A stretch of 64,000 nt of DNA from Escherichia coli O157:H7 (GTDB lineage Bacteria > Pseudomonadota > Gammaproteobacteria > Enterobacterales > Enterobacteriaceae), in the NCBI RefSeq assembly GCF_013167455.1, contig NZ_CP038328.1. One strand, given 5' to 3'. Below, piece after piece: positions 37,299 through 49,697 of this stretch (positions are counted from its first letter, which is position 1; each line of letters begins with the position of its first letter). The notes under the pieces are model-generated. The model was not told the DNA's origin and ran no database searches. It worked only from the letters and a program-made list of their open reading frames with translations. Position numbers and translations under genes: made by a program.

Positions 37299-39026
37299 TT
37301 AGCAGATTGTTTTTTCTTCAATGAACTTGTTAACCAGCGTCATTAACTCGTCCGTTGTCGGTTGAGCAAGAGCCTGCTCTGCTAACACCTTCGCATCTTC
37401 GAAGTTCGTGTTACGGATAATCTTCTTAATGCGCGGGATAGAAATGGCGCTCATAGAGAATTCGTCCAGACCCATCCCCAGCAACAGAAGTGTAGCACGT
37501 TCATCGCCAGCAAGCTCACCACACATGCCAGTCCATTTGCCTTCAGCATGAGAAGCATCAATAACTTGCTTGATCAAGTTCAGCACGGACGGTGACATTG
37601 GCTGGTAAAGGTGTGAAATCATATCATTACCACGGTCAACTGCCAGAGTGTACTGCGTTAAATCATTGGTGCCGATACTAAAGAAATCAACTTCTTTGGC
37701 TAAATGACGTGCAATTGTTGCGGCAGCCGGTGTTTCCACCATTACGCCGATTTCAATTGACTCGTCAAACGCTTTACCTTCGTCGCGCAGTTCCTGTTTG
37801 TAGATTTCGATCTCTTTGCGCAGTGCACGCACTTCTTCAACAGAGATGATCATCGGGAACATAATGCGCAATTTACCGAAAGCCGAGGCACGCAGGATAG
37901 CGCGGAGCTGATCGCGCAGGATCTCTTTACGATCCATTGCGATACGGATAGCGCGCCAGCCGAGGAACGGGTTCTCTTCTTTCGGGAAGTTCATGTATGG
38001 CAGCTCTTTGTCGCCGCCGATGTCCATGGTACGAACGATAACCGCCTGCGAGCCACACGCTTCAGCCACTGCTTTGTAAGCAGCAAACTGTTCTTCTTCA
38101 GTGGGCAGCGCGTCGCGGTCCATGAACAGGAACTCAGTACGATACAGACCAACGCCTTCAGCGCCGTTACGCTCTGCACCTTCAACGTCACGAACCGTAC
38201 CAATATTAGCGCATACTTCTACTTGGTGACCGTCCAGCGTAATAGCTGGCAGATCTTTCAGTTTAGCAAGCTCTGCTTTTTCAGAAGCCACTTGCTCCTG
38301 AACAGCGCGCATTTTATCAATAACTTCGTTGGTTGGATTGACGTAAACCTGATTATTTACGGCATCCAGAATCAGATAGTCGTCATTTTTCACCTGAGAG
38401 GTGACGCTACCGGTACCCACGATAGCAGGCAGTTCCAGAGAACGCGCCATGATAGAGGTGTGGGAAGTACGGCCACCCGCGTCGGTGATGAAACCCAGCA
38501 CCTTCTTCAGGTTCAGCTGTGCGGTTTCGGACGGTGTCAGGTCAGCGGCAACCAGAATGACTTCATCCTGAATGGCGCTCAGGTCGATAATCTTCAGGCC
38601 CAGGATGTTGCGCAGCAGGCGCTTACCGATATCACGTACGTCAGCCGCACGTTCTTTCAGGTATTCATCATCCAGCTCTTCCAGGGCAGAAGCCTGACCT
38701 TCGATAACTTCATGAGCAGCTGCGTCAGCTGTCATGTGTTTATCTTTAATCAGGGCTATGATTTCCTGCTCCAGCTCCTCATCTTCGAGCAGCATAATAT
38801 GCCCTTCAAAGATGGCTTCTTTTTCTTCACCGAACGTTTCACCAGCTTTCGTTTTGATCGTTTCCAGCTGGGCTGATGCCTTGGCACGACCGCTCAGAAA
38901 ACGTTCAACTTCCTGATCAACCTGGTCGGCAGAAATTTTTTTCCGGTCAATGACAATTTCGTCTTCTTTCAGAAGCAGAGCTTTACCGAAAGCGATACCC
39001 GGGGATGCTAAAATGCCTGAAATCAT
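37299..39026 (-). CDS. ptsI: PTS enzyme I
   Basis: 575-aa [33 protein letters not shown]... Confidence 0.97.
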   Translation of the reverse strand: MISGILASPGIAFGKALLLKEDEIVIDRKKISADQVDQEVERFLSGRAKASAQLETIKTKAGETFGEEKEAIFEGHIMLLEDEELEQEIIALIKDKHMTADAAAHEVIEGQASALEELDDEYLKERAADVRDIGKRLLRNILGLKIIDLSAIQDEVILVAADLTPSETAQLNLKKVLGFITDAGGRTSHTSIMARSLELPAIVGTGSVTSQVKNDDYLILDAVNNQVYVNPTNEVIDKMRAVQEQVASEKAELAKLKDLPAITLDGHQVEVCANIGTVRDVEGAERNGAEGVGLYRTEFLFMDRDALPTEEEQFAAYKAVAEACGSQAVIVRTMDIGGDKELPYMNFPKEENPFLGWRAIRIAMDRKEILRDQLRAILRASAFGKLRIMFPMIISVEEVRALRKEIEIYKQELRDEGKAFDESIEIGVMVETPAAATIARHLAKEVDFFSIGTNDLTQYTLAVDRGNDMISHLYQPMSPSVLNLIKQVIDASHAEGKWTGMCGELAGDERATLLLLGMGLDEFSMSAISIPRIKKIIRNTNFEDAKVLAEQALAQPTTDELMTLVNKFIEEKTIC

Positions 39027-39070
39027 AACCCTACCTTACTTGTGACTGATTTTTAAAAGAACCCGGGAAA

Positions 39071-39328
39071 TTACTCGAGTTCCGCCATCAGTTTAACCAG
39101 ATGTTCAACCGCTTTCTGCTCGTCTTCGCCTTCTGCGGAGATAGTCACAACTGTACCTTGAGTCAGGCCCAGAGTCTGCAGTTTAAACAGGCTTTTCGCG
39201 CTGGCGCTTTTGCCGTTGGAAGTCACAGTAATTTCAGAAGTGAAGCCCTTAGCTTCTTTTACAAACTGGGCAGCAGGGCGGGTGTGCAGACCGTTCGGAG
39301 CGGTAATGGTAACTTCTTGCTGGAACAT
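39071..39328 (-). CDS. ptsH: phosphocarrier protein HPr
   Basis: 85-aa [32 protein letters not shown]... (His15 region). Confidence 0.97.
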
Positions 39329-39661
39329 TGTATTTCCCCAACTTATAGGTTTAGTGTTGTGGAACTAAAGTCTAGCCTGGCGGTTCGACTTTAGCCTGTA
39401 TTGTTAGCGCCAGTTTTTAACAGACGCGACGCACGAAGAGCGCAATACAGTCCATTGCTGGCGGGTGTTGACCGCTGACGTTTCGTACGTCATTAAACAT
39501 TATGCCGCTAAAGGAAGAATTGAACCAAATCATAAAATCGATTCAGCTTTGGCTTTTCCTGTAACGATTAATTTCGCGCATCAAAATAATTAGTCTGGTT
39601 AAATACCAGTTCCGACAGGCTGAATCAATGCCAGGAGGGGCGAAAGTTTGAAGCAGGCCAC

Positions 39662-39689
39662 AAAAAAGCACCTGAAAAGGTGCTTTTTT
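39662..39689 (-). terminator. cysK terminator (symmetric hairpin with A/T runs)
   Basis: AAAAAAGCACC-TGAAAA-GGTGCTTTTTT located 25 nt 3' of cysK stop on - strand. Confidence 0.8.
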
Positions 39690-39711
39690 ACGCATTTTTA
39701 ACAAGCTGGCA

Positions 39712-40683
39712 TTACTGTTGCAATTCTTTCTCAGTGAAGAGATCGGCAAACAATGCGGTGCTTAAATAACGCTCACCCGATGACGGTAGAATAACCACAA
39801 TATTCTTGTTGGTAAAGCTTTCATCTTCTTGTAGTTTCAACGCCGCAGCAACAGCTGCTCCAGAAGAGATACCTGCAAGAATACCTTCTTCTTCCATCAG
39901 ACGACGCGCGGTAGAAATCGCTTCTTCATTGGTGATGCCAATGACTTTATCGACCAGCTTGAGATCGAGGTTAGCCGGGATAAAACCAGCGCCAATACCC
40001 TGAATTTTATGCGGGCCAGGTTTAATCTCTTCACCTGCCAGCGCCTGGGCGATAACTGGAGAATCGGTTGGCTCAACGGCGACAGAGATAAGATCGGTCT
40101 TACCTTTGGTGCCTTTAATGTAGCGGCTGACGCCAGTCAGCGTACCGCCAGTCCCAACGCCAGCAATAAATACATCAACCTGACCGTCGGTATCTTCCCA
40201 GATCTCCGGACCGGTGGTCTTTTCGTGAATTTCAGGGTTTGCCGGATTGCTGAATTGTTGCAGCAGCAGGTATTTCTCTGGATTGCTGGCGACAATTTCT
40301 TCTGCTTTTTGGATTGCGCCTTTCATGCCTTTAGCACCTTCGGTCAGCACCAGGTTTGCACCTAACGCTTTCAGCAGCTTGCGGCGTTCAATACTCATGG
40401 TTTCTGGCATGGTCAGGGTGAGTTTGTAACCGCGAGCGGCAGCTACATAGGCCAGTGCAATCCCGGTATTACCGCTGGTTGGTTCAACCAGTTCAACGCC
40501 TGGTTTCAGCACGCCGCGCTTTTCGGCATCCCAAATCATGTTGGCACCGATACGGCACTTAACGCTGAAGCTGGGGTTACGAGATTCCACCTTCGCCAGA
40601 ATGCGTCCGTTACCGATGCGATTCAGGCGAACCAGCGGCGTGTGACCGATAGTCAGCGAGTTATCTTCAAAAATCTTACTCAT
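39712..40683 (-). CDS. cysK: cysteine synthase A
   Basis: 323-aa [47 protein letters not shown]... Confidence 0.97.
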   Translation of the reverse strand: MSKIFEDNSLTIGHTPLVRLNRIGNGRILAKVESRNPSFSVKCRIGANMIWDAEKRGVLKPGVELVEPTSGNTGIALAYVAAARGYKLTLTMPETMSIERRKLLKALGANLVLTEGAKGMKGAIQKAEEIVASNPEKYLLLQQFSNPANPEIHEKTTGPEIWEDTDGQVDVFIAGVGTGGTLTGVSRYIKGTKGKTDLISVAVEPTDSPVIAQALAGEEIKPGPHKIQGIGAGFIPANLDLKLVDKVIGITNEEAISTARRLMEEEGILAGISSGAAVAAALKLQEDESFTNKNIVVILPSSGERYLSTALFADLFTEKELQQ

Positions 40684-40867
40684 GGCCTGTCCTTAACTGT
40701 ATGAAATTGGGATACAACAGGTAGCATACCCGCTCAGAGAATATGCGGAAGTAAGGATTTAGCATATCTATATGCAGAAGGGAAATAATGACATGCAAGA
40801 TGGAATAAGGGGCGGCATAAGCCCCCCCTGTTTCACACAAACGGTTTACAAAATAACCGGTAGATTG

Positions 40868-41629
40868 TTACCGCCACATCGCGTGTTTATCGCGATAGCA
40901 ATCGACCCACATCGCCGTCGCGCCACAAACGGCAACGGGCATAATGAACAGATTAAGCAGCGGGATCATCGTAAACAGACTGGTTAAAGCACCAAACTGC
41001 ATATTGGTGATTTTGCGTGTGCGCAGGGCGGTGCGCATCTCTTTAAACGGCACTTTGTGGTTATCGAAGGGGTAATCGCAATACTGGATGGCTAACATCC
41101 AGGCGCTAAACAGGAACCACAGTACCGGCGCGACGGTTTGCCCAATACCAGGGATGAAGTAAAGAATTAGCAATACAATTGCGCGTGGCAGATACCAGGC
41201 AAATTTTTGCCATTCGCGTTTCATGATTCGCGGCACATCTTTCATGATACCGAAAATCCCGGTATCTGGCGGTGTAGCGCCAGTCAATCGTGCTTCCAGT
41301 TGTTCAGCCAATAAACCGTTAAACGGAGCGGCAATCCAGTTAGCAATCGTGGAGAAGAAATAGCCAAACACTAACAGCACAGAGATGACAGCCAGAGGCC
41401 ACAACAGATAGCTCAGCCATTGTAACCAGTCCGGAACATAACTCATGAGAGTCGGGATCCAGACATCGAGTTGCGTAAAGAGCCACCAGAATGCGCCCCC
41501 CATCAACAAAATATTGACCAGCAGCGGTAAAATAACGAAACGCCGAATCCCAGGTTGCGAGACGAGCTTCCAGCCTTGCGCAAAATAGTAAAAACCGCTG
41601 CGTGGGGCAGATGTGAATGATGAAACCAT
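40868..41629 (-). CDS. cysZ: sulfate transporter CysZ
   Basis: 253-aa membrane ORF upstream of cysK on same strand. Confidence 0.9.
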
Positions 41630-41858
41630 AATCAGGATGAGCTCCTTTTGACCAATCCCAGGAAAATTGTGCGTATTTTACCGGGTAATTGCGCAATGGA
41701 CAGTTAGGATATGTTCGAAAAAACAGCAAAAAGCACGATTTCATCTATCTTTGTGCTGTGAAAGTTAATAGTGCACTTGCACTTGAGGTAATCGGCAAAT
41801 ACTCTTAGTGAGTAAATGTTTGCCGTGGTGGCAAGGTGTTAGAACAACAGAGAATATA

Positions 41859-42857
41859 ATGATGCAGGATTTGCGTCTGATATTAATCATTGTTGGCGCG
41901 ATCGCCATAATCGCTTTACTGGTACATGGTTTCTGGACCAGCCGTAAAGAACGATCTTCTATGTTCCGCGATCGGCCATTAAAACGAATGAAGTCAAAAC
42001 GTGACGACGATTCTTATGACGAGGATGTCGAAGATGATGAGGGCGTTGGTGAGGTTCGTGTTCACCGCGTGAATCATGCCCCGGCTAACGCCCAGGAGCA
42101 TGAGGCTGCTCGTCCGTCGCCGCAACACCAGTACCAACCGCCTTATGCGTCTGCGCAGCCGCGTCAACCGGTCCAGCAGCCGCCTGAAGCGCAGGTACCG
42201 CCGCAACATGCTCCGCGTCCAGCGCAGCCGGTGCAGCAACCCGTGCAGCAGCCTGCCTATCAGCCGCAGCCTGAACAGCCGTTGCAGCAGCCAGTTTCGC
42301 CACAGGTCGCGCCAGCGCCGCAGCCAGTGCATTCAGCACCGCAACCGGCACAACAGGCTTTCCAGCCTGCAGAACCCGTAGCGGCACCACAGCCTGAGCC
42401 TGTAGCGGAACCGGCTCCAGTTATGGATAAACCGAAGCGCAAAGAAGCGGTGATTATCATGAACGTCGCGGCGCATCACGGTAGCGAGCTAAACGGTGAA
42501 CTGCTTCTTAACAGCATTCAACAAGCGGGCTTCATTTTTGGCGATATGAATATTTACCATCGTCATCTTAGCCCGGATGGCAGCGGCCCGGCGTTATTTA
42601 GCCTGGCGAATATGGTGAAACCGGGAACCTTTGATCCTGAAATGAAGGATTTCACTACTCCGGGTGTCACTATCTTTATGCAGGTACCGTCTTACGGTGA
42701 CGAGCTGCAGAACTTCAAGCTGATGCTGCAATCTGCGCAGCATATTGCCGATGAAGTGGGCGGTGTCGTGCTTGACGATCAGCGCCGTATGATGACTCCG
42801 CAGAAATTGCGCGAGTACCAGGACATCATCCGCGAAGTTAAAGACGCCAACGCCTGA
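41859..42857 (+). CDS. zipA: cell division protein ZipA (FtsZ membrane anchor)
   Basis: Start at ATG 41859 ([27 protein letters not shown]-terminal TM), long P/Q-rich linker, C-terminal FtsZ-binding domain. Antisense ORFs over the P/Q linker are shadows. Confidence 0.9.
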
Positions 42858-42886
42858 TACACTTAAGGCAAATTAACTCCTCTTCG

Positions 42887-42910
42887 AACCCCCGCTTGTC
42901 GGGGGTTTTT
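42887..42910 (+). terminator. zipA rho-independent terminator immediately upstream of ligA
   Basis: AACCCCCG-CTTGT-CGGGGGTT followed by TTTTT. Confidence 0.8.
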
Positions 42911-42918
42911 AGCATTGA

Positions 42919-44943
<2,025 letters not shown>

Positions 44944-44944
44944 G

Positions 44945-45163
44945 ATGGAAAAAGAGCAGCTGATTGAAATAGCCAATACGATAATGCCGTTTGGCAAATA
45001 CAAAGGGCGTCGCTTAATCGACCTGCCGGAGGAGTATCTGCTGTGGTTTGCCCGCAAAGATGAGTTCCCGGCAGGGAAGCTCGGTGAGCTAATGCAAATC
45101 ACGCTGCTGATTAAAACCGAGGGGCTGACGCAACTGGTCCAGCCCCTGAAGCGTCCGCTTTAA
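44945..45163 (+). CDS. ypeB: small DUF3820-family protein YpeB
   Basis: 72-aa product from ATG 44945 (MEKEQLIEIANTIMPFGKYKGRRLIDLPEEYLLWF...), overlapping ligA stop by 1 nt (TGAGATG region). Confidence 0.75.
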   Translation: MEKEQLIEIANTIMPFGKYKGRRLIDLPEEYLLWFARKDEFPAGKLGELMQITLLIKTEGLTQLVQPLKRPL

Positions 45164-46158
45164 GCTTTATCGGCGCTGCTTTCCTGCTGCGCCTGTAACT
45201 GTTCGGTCTGGCGTTTGTATCGACGCGCCAGCACCGCACAGACCATCAATTGGATCTGATGGAAAATCATCAGGGGCAGCACCATCATACCGATCACCGA
45301 TGTGGGGAACAGAATGTTTGCCATCGGGATGCCATTTGCCAGACTCTTTTTCGAACCACAAAAGACGATAGTAATTTCATCTGCCTTATTGAAGCCCAGT
45401 CGGCGTGCCATAAAGACGTTAACTACAATCACGATAGCCAGAAGAACGCAGCTGACCACCACGATAAACAGCAATGATCCCCAGCCAACTTTATGCCAGA
45501 TACCATTAACGACGGCTTCGCTGAACGCTGTATAAACCACCAACAGAATGGACGTCTGGTCAGTTTTCGCAATCCATTTTTTATTGCGCGACACCCAGTC
45601 ACCAATCCACGGCCGGGAAAGATGCCCCAACACAAACGGCAGCAGCAGTTGCAGCATAATTTTACCGACCTGCTCAAGGCTGCCCCCTGCACCGTGAACA
45701 TTCATCACCAGACCAACCAGCAATGGTGAAAGGAAAATCCCCAGCAGACTGGATGCTGACGCAGAACAAACCGCCGCCGCGACGTTACCGCCCGCCATTG
45801 ACGTGAAGGCGATTGCAGACTGCACGGTAGCCGGGAGAATGCACAAGTAGAGAAAACCGGAGTAGAGCATCGGGTCGACATTTACCGGTTTCCACCAGGC
45901 AAACAGTACACCCAGAATCGGAAACAGCACGAAGGTGCTGCACATTACCCACAAATGCAGTCGCCAGTGACCACCGCCAGCAATAATCGCCTCACGCGAC
46001 AACTTCGCGCCGTGCATAAAGAACAGCAGGGCAATAGCTGCGGTGGTCAGATTTTCAAAGAAGGGGACGAAATCGCCTCTGGCAGGAAAGAAAGAGGCCA
46101 GCAACACCACCGTGATCAGGGTTAAGGTGAAAGGATCGAGGATACGAAAAAGTTTCAT
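45160..46158 (-). CDS. yfeH: bile acid:sodium symporter (BASS)-family transporter
   Basis: 332-aa polytopic membrane ORF; divergent from LysR-type yfeR. Confidence 0.85.
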   Translation of the reverse strand: MKLFRILDPFTLTLITVVLLASFFPARGDFVPFFENLTTAAIALLFFMHGAKLSREAIIAGGGHWRLHLWVMCSTFVLFPILGVLFAWWKPVNVDPMLYSGFLYLCILPATVQSAIAFTSMAGGNVAAAVCSASASSLLGIFLSPLLVGLVMNVHGAGGSLEQVGKIMLQLLLPFVLGHLSRPWIGDWVSRNKKWIAKTDQTSILLVVYTAFSEAVVNGIWHKVGWGSLLFIVVVSCVLLAIVIVVNVFMARRLGFNKADEITIVFCGSKKSLANGIPMANILFPTSVIGMMVLPLMIFHQIQLMVCAVLARRYKRQTEQLQAQQESSADKA

Positions 46159-46247
46159 AAAGACTCCAGATGATCGATGGTTCTATTGTGCTTCTTCCAG
46201 TTTGAGAAATAAAATTGATTTATTGCATCCATTCATGAAGAAAACAG

Positions 46248-47174
46248 ATGAATTATTCTTTAAAACAATTAAAGGTTTTCGTCACAGTAGCGCAGGAGAA
46301 AAGTTTTAGTCGTGCAGGAGAGCGTATCGGCCTGAGCCAGTCGGCAGTAAGTCACAGTGTGAAGGAGCTGGAAAATCATACTGGTGTTCGCCTGCTGGAC
46401 AGAACCACGCGTGAAGTGGTGCTTACAGATGCAGGGCAGCAGTTGGCTTTGCGTCTTGAGCGACTGCTGGATGAACTTAACAGCACGTTGCGCGATACCG
46501 GGCGTATGGGGCAACAACTGAGCGGAAAAGTTCGGGTCGCTGCCAGCCAGACCATTTCCGCGCATCTTATTCCGCAATGCATTGCTGAAAGCCATCGCCG
46601 CTATCCAGATATTCAGTTTGTCCTGCACGATCGTCCGCAGCAGTGGGTGATGGAAAGTATTCGCCAGGGAGATGTCGACTTTGGCATCGTCATCGATCCA
46701 GGCCCAGTGGGCGATCTGCAATGTGAAGTGATTCTTTCCGAGCCTTTCTTTCTGCTTTGCCATCGGGATAGCGCTTTGGCCGCGGAAGATTATGTACCCT
46801 GGCAGGCATTACAGGGAGCGAAATTGGTGTTGCAGGATTATGCGTCAGGCAGCCGACCGCTGATTGACGCAGCGCTGGCGCGCAATGGTATTCAGGCGAA
46901 TATTGTGCAGGAGATTGGACATCCGGCGACGCTGTTCCCGATGGTAGCCGCAGGCATCGGCATTAGTATTCTTCCCGCACTGGCGCTACCATTGCCTGAA
47001 GGTAGCCCGCTGGTGGTAAAGCGCATTACGCCGGTGGTGGAACGCCAGTTGATGCTGGTGCGTAGGAAAAACCGTTCACTTTCCACCGCCGCTGAAGCGT
47101 TATGGGACGTGGTACGAGACCAGGGCAATACGCTAATGGCTGGGCGGGAAGGGGATCCGTTGTATCAGATATAG
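46248..47174 (+). CDS. yfeR: LysR-family transcriptional regulator
   Basis: 308-aa ORF with N-terminal LysR HTH ([38 protein letters not shown]). Confidence 0.87.
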   Translation: MNYSLKQLKVFVTVAQEKSFSRAGERIGLSQSAVSHSVKELENHTGVRLLDRTTREVVLTDAGQQLALRLERLLDELNSTLRDTGRMGQQLSGKVRVAASQTISAHLIPQCIAESHRRYPDIQFVLHDRPQQWVMESIRQGDVDFGIVIDPGPVGDLQCEVILSEPFFLLCHRDSALAAEDYVPWQALQGAKLVLQDYASGSRPLIDAALARNGIQANIVQEIGHPATLFPMVAAGIGISILPALALPLPEGSPLVVKRITPVVERQLMLVRRKNRSLSTAAEALWDVVRDQGNTLMAGREGDPLYQI

Positions 47175-47506
47175 ATACCGATATGAGTCGTATTTTCAAC
47201 AGGATTTAGAAGGGATACATTCAGAGACAAACGCTGCTCTTTCTCCTGCGCCTTTTCTGCCTGCTGTCTCTGCAACTGCGCCAGTTGTGTTTCCAGTAGG
47301 GTGATTTGCTGTTGAATCAATTCGGCCTGTTTTTGCTTGTCTTCAGCACTGCCGCTAGTGTCTACAATCTCTTTAATGTGTTGAGTGAGTTTGATGATTT
47401 GCTGACTTATCCGCGCGATTTGTGAAGCAACATCGCTACCTTGTGATGCCCTGTTACTACTCTGTGTTTGTATGGAAGGAATTGAAGTTGAAGAGATAGT
47501 GGCCAT
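47165..47506 (-). CDS. FlxA-like Gln/Ser-rich coiled-coil protein (113 aa), probable sigma-28-dependent
   Basis: [29 protein letters not shown]...[30 protein letters not shown] 7 nt before ATG; visibly lower GC than neighbours; upstream sigma-28-like promoter. Family assignment from recall of FlxA character, not a search. Confidence 0.6.
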   Translation of the reverse strand: MATISSTSIPSIQTQSSNRASQGSDVASQIARISQQIIKLTQHIKEIVDTSGSAEDKQKQAELIQQQITLLETQLAQLQRQQAEKAQEKEQRLSLNVSLLNPVENTTHIGIYI

Positions 47507-47534
47507 TGTTCAGTCCTCGTCACTGTACGAGGTA

Positions 47535-47561
47535 ATATCGGCAGAAGAACAAGGAACTTGA
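47535..47561 (-). promoter_or_regulatory. putative sigma-28 (FliA) promoter for the FlxA-like gene
   Basis: On - strand: TCAAGTTC-N11-GCCGATAT versus consensus TAAAGTTT-N11-GCCGATAA (6/8 and 7/8, exact 11-bp spacer), ending about 28 nt before the start codon. Confidence 0.55.
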
Positions 47562-47593
47562 GAAGAAAAATCAATCTTACAAATCGCAGATAG

Positions 47594-47621
47594 CAAAAAA
47601 GCGCCTTTAGGGCGCTTTTTT
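47594..47621 (-). terminator. rho-independent terminator of the valU-valX-valY-lysV operon (symmetric, A-run/T-run flanked)
   Basis: AAAAAAGCGCC-TTTAG-GGCGCTTTTTT hairpin immediately 3' of lysV. Confidence 0.75.
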
Positions 47622-47625
47622 ACAT

Positions 47626-47701
47626 TGGTGGGTCGTGCAGGATTCGAACCTGCGACCAATTGATTAAAAGTCAACTGCTCTACCAACTGAGCTAACGACC
47701 C
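47626..47701 (-). tRNA. lysV: tRNA-Lys (anticodon UUU)
   Basis: Reverse complement reads GGGTCGTTAGCTCAGTTGGTAGAGCAGTTGACTTTTAATCAATTGGTCGCAGGTTCGAATCCTGCACGACCCACCA. Confidence 0.95.
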
Positions 47702-47705
47702 GAAG

Positions 47706-47781
47706 TGGTGGGTGATGACGGGATCGAACCGCCGACCCCCTCCTTGTAAGGGAGGTGCTCTCCCAGCTGAGCTAATCACCC
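47706..47781 (-). tRNA. valY: tRNA-Val (anticodon UAC)
   Basis: Reverse complement reads GGGTGATTAGCTCAGCTGGGAGAGCACCTCCCTTACAAGGAGGGGGTCGGCGGTTCGATCCCGTCATCACCCACCA; third of three identical copies. Confidence 0.95.
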
Positions 47782-47827
47782 ACTTCGGTACTTCACATTT
47801 TTACAAGAAATTTAGCTGGTGAGAAAG

Positions 47828-47903
47828 TGGTGGGTGATGACGGGATCGAACCGCCGACCCCCTCCTTGTAAGGGAGGTGCTCTCCCAGCTGAGCTAATCA
47901 CCC
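47828..47903 (-). tRNA. valX: tRNA-Val (anticodon UAC)
   Basis: Identical to valY copy. Confidence 0.95.
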
Positions 47904-47947
47904 ACTTCTCAATTTCTTGCTACACGGCGGAGACTACATAAAGTAGT

Positions 47948-48023
47948 TGGTGGGTGATGACGGGATCGAACCGCCGACCCCCTCCTTGTAAGGGAGGTGC
48001 TCTCCCAGCTGAGCTAATCACCC
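47948..48023 (-). tRNA. valU: tRNA-Val (anticodon UAC)
   Basis: Identical to valY copy; first gene of the tRNA operon. Confidence 0.95.
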
Positions 48024-48040
48024 CCGCTGTGTGGAGTCGC

Positions 48041-48068
48041 ATTATAGGGAGAGTTCAAAATGAGTCAA
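48041..48068 (-). promoter_or_regulatory. sigma-70 promoter of valU-valX-valY-lysV operon
   Basis: On - strand TTGACT-N16-TATAAT followed by GC-rich discriminator (GCGACTCC), just upstream of valU. Confidence 0.7.
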
Positions 48069-48281
48069 CGCATTTTCTAAAGAAATTGTTCGTTCGTCGT
48101 AAATTTAAGCAAGATGATCGCAAAACAGACCGTGTTGCGCAATTTGTCAACGAAAACAATAATGCGTAAGGTTGCAACCCGAACTACATTGAGGAATCAG
48201 GCGGGAGTGATAGAATATCGCCCACTCAATTTTTCCAGGATTTGCCGGTTGTCGGCATCTTTCTAAACGTAAGGCCATTTC

Positions 48282-49697
48282 ATGAAAATCAAAACTCGCT
48301 TCGCGCCAAGCCCAACAGGCTATCTGCACGTTGGCGGCGCGCGTACTGCTCTTTACTCCTGGCTTTTTGCACGTAATCACGGCGGTGAGTTCGTGCTGCG
48401 TATTGAAGACACCGATCTTGAGCGTTCCACGCCGGAAGCTATCGAAGCCATTATGGATGGCATGAACTGGCTGAGCCTGGAGTGGGATGAAGGTCCGTAC
48501 TTCCAGACCAAACGTTTTGATCGCTACAACGCGGTGATCGATCAGATGCTGGAAGAGGGCACAGCTTATAAATGCTATTGCTCTAAAGAGCGCCTGGAAG
48601 CGCTGCGCGAAGAGCAAATGGCGAAAGGTGAGAAGCCGCGTTATGACGGTCGCTGCCGCCACAGTCATGAGCATCACGCTGATGATGAGCCGTGTGTCGT
48701 ACGTTTTGCTAACCCGCAGGAAGGTTCTGTTGTTTTTGACGATCAGATCCGTGGTCCGATCGAGTTCAGCAACCAGGAACTGGACGATCTTATTATCCGC
48801 CGTACCGATGGTTCCCCAACCTATAACTTCTGTGTGGTTGTCGATGACTGGGATATGGAAATCACCCACGTTATCCGTGGCGAAGACCATATCAACAACA
48901 CGCCACGCCAGATCAACATTCTTAAAGCCCTGAAAGCGCCGGTACCGGTTTACGCGCACGTTTCTATGATCAACGGCGATGACGGCAAAAAACTGTCCAA
49001 ACGTCACGGGGCAGTCAGCGTAATGCAGTATCGTGATGACGGTTATTTGCCAGAAGCACTGCTGAACTATCTGGTGCGTCTGGGCTGGTCCCACGGCGAT
49101 CAGGAAATCTTCACTCGTGAAGAGATGATCAAATACTTCACTTTGAATGCCGTCAGCAAATCTGCCAGTGCGTTCAACACCGACAAGCTGCTGTGGCTGA
49201 ACCATCACTACATTAACGCGCTGCCGCCGGAGTATGTTGCTACTCACTTACAGTGGCACATTGAGCAGGAAAATATCGATACCCGTAACGGCCCGCAGCT
49301 GGCTGATCTGGTGAAACTGCTGGGCGAACGCTGCAAGACGCTGAAAGAGATGGCACAGAGCTGCCGTTATTTCTACGAAGATTTTGCTGAGTTCGATGCC
49401 GACGCCGCGAAAAAACATCTGCGTCCGGTAGCGCGTCAGCCGCTGGAAGTGGTTCGTGACAAACTGGCCGCGATTACTGACTGGACAGCTGAAAACGTTC
49501 ATCACGCTATTCAGGCGACGGCGGATGAGCTGGAAGTGGGTATGGGTAAAGTTGGTATGCCGCTGCGTGTCGCCGTAACCGGTGCGGGGCAGTCTCCGGC
49601 GCTGGACGTTACCGTTCACGCGATCGGTAAGACCCGCAGTATCGAGCGTATCAACAAAGCGCTGGCTTTTATTGCGGAACGCGAAAATCAGCAGTAA
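48282..49697 (+). CDS. gltX: glutamyl-tRNA synthetase
   Basis: 471-aa ORF with HIGH-class motif ([12 protein letters not shown]) and KLSKR (KMSKS-like). The antisense 366-aa ORF 48147..49247 is a shadow. Confidence 0.97.

Noticed and set aside
41994-42460. Multiple overlapping ORFs on both strands in the zipA P/Q-rich linker region
   Set aside because: Low-complexity GC-rich repeats of the zipA linker generate open frames in all phases; only the zipA frame has a TM anchor and conserved C-terminal domain.
47165-47626. Possible prophage or integrative element at the lysV tRNA
   Set aside because: No integrase, no att-like duplication of the tRNA 3' end, and only one small gene; more consistent with a small indel/replacement relative to K-12 than an integrated element.
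47510-47779. 89-aa - strand ORF overlapping lysV and valY
   Set aside because: Overlaps two tRNA genes and the operon terminator; artefactual.
47706-48023. Three evenly spaced identical ~76-bp repeats, superficially CRISPR-like
   Set aside because: The repeats are complete tRNA-Val genes with cloverleaf structure and CCA ends; spacers are tRNA operon spacers, and no cas genes are present.
48147-49247. 366-aa - strand ORF opposite gltX
   Set aside because: gltX contains HIGH and KMSKS-type motifs on + strand; the antisense ORF is a shadow.
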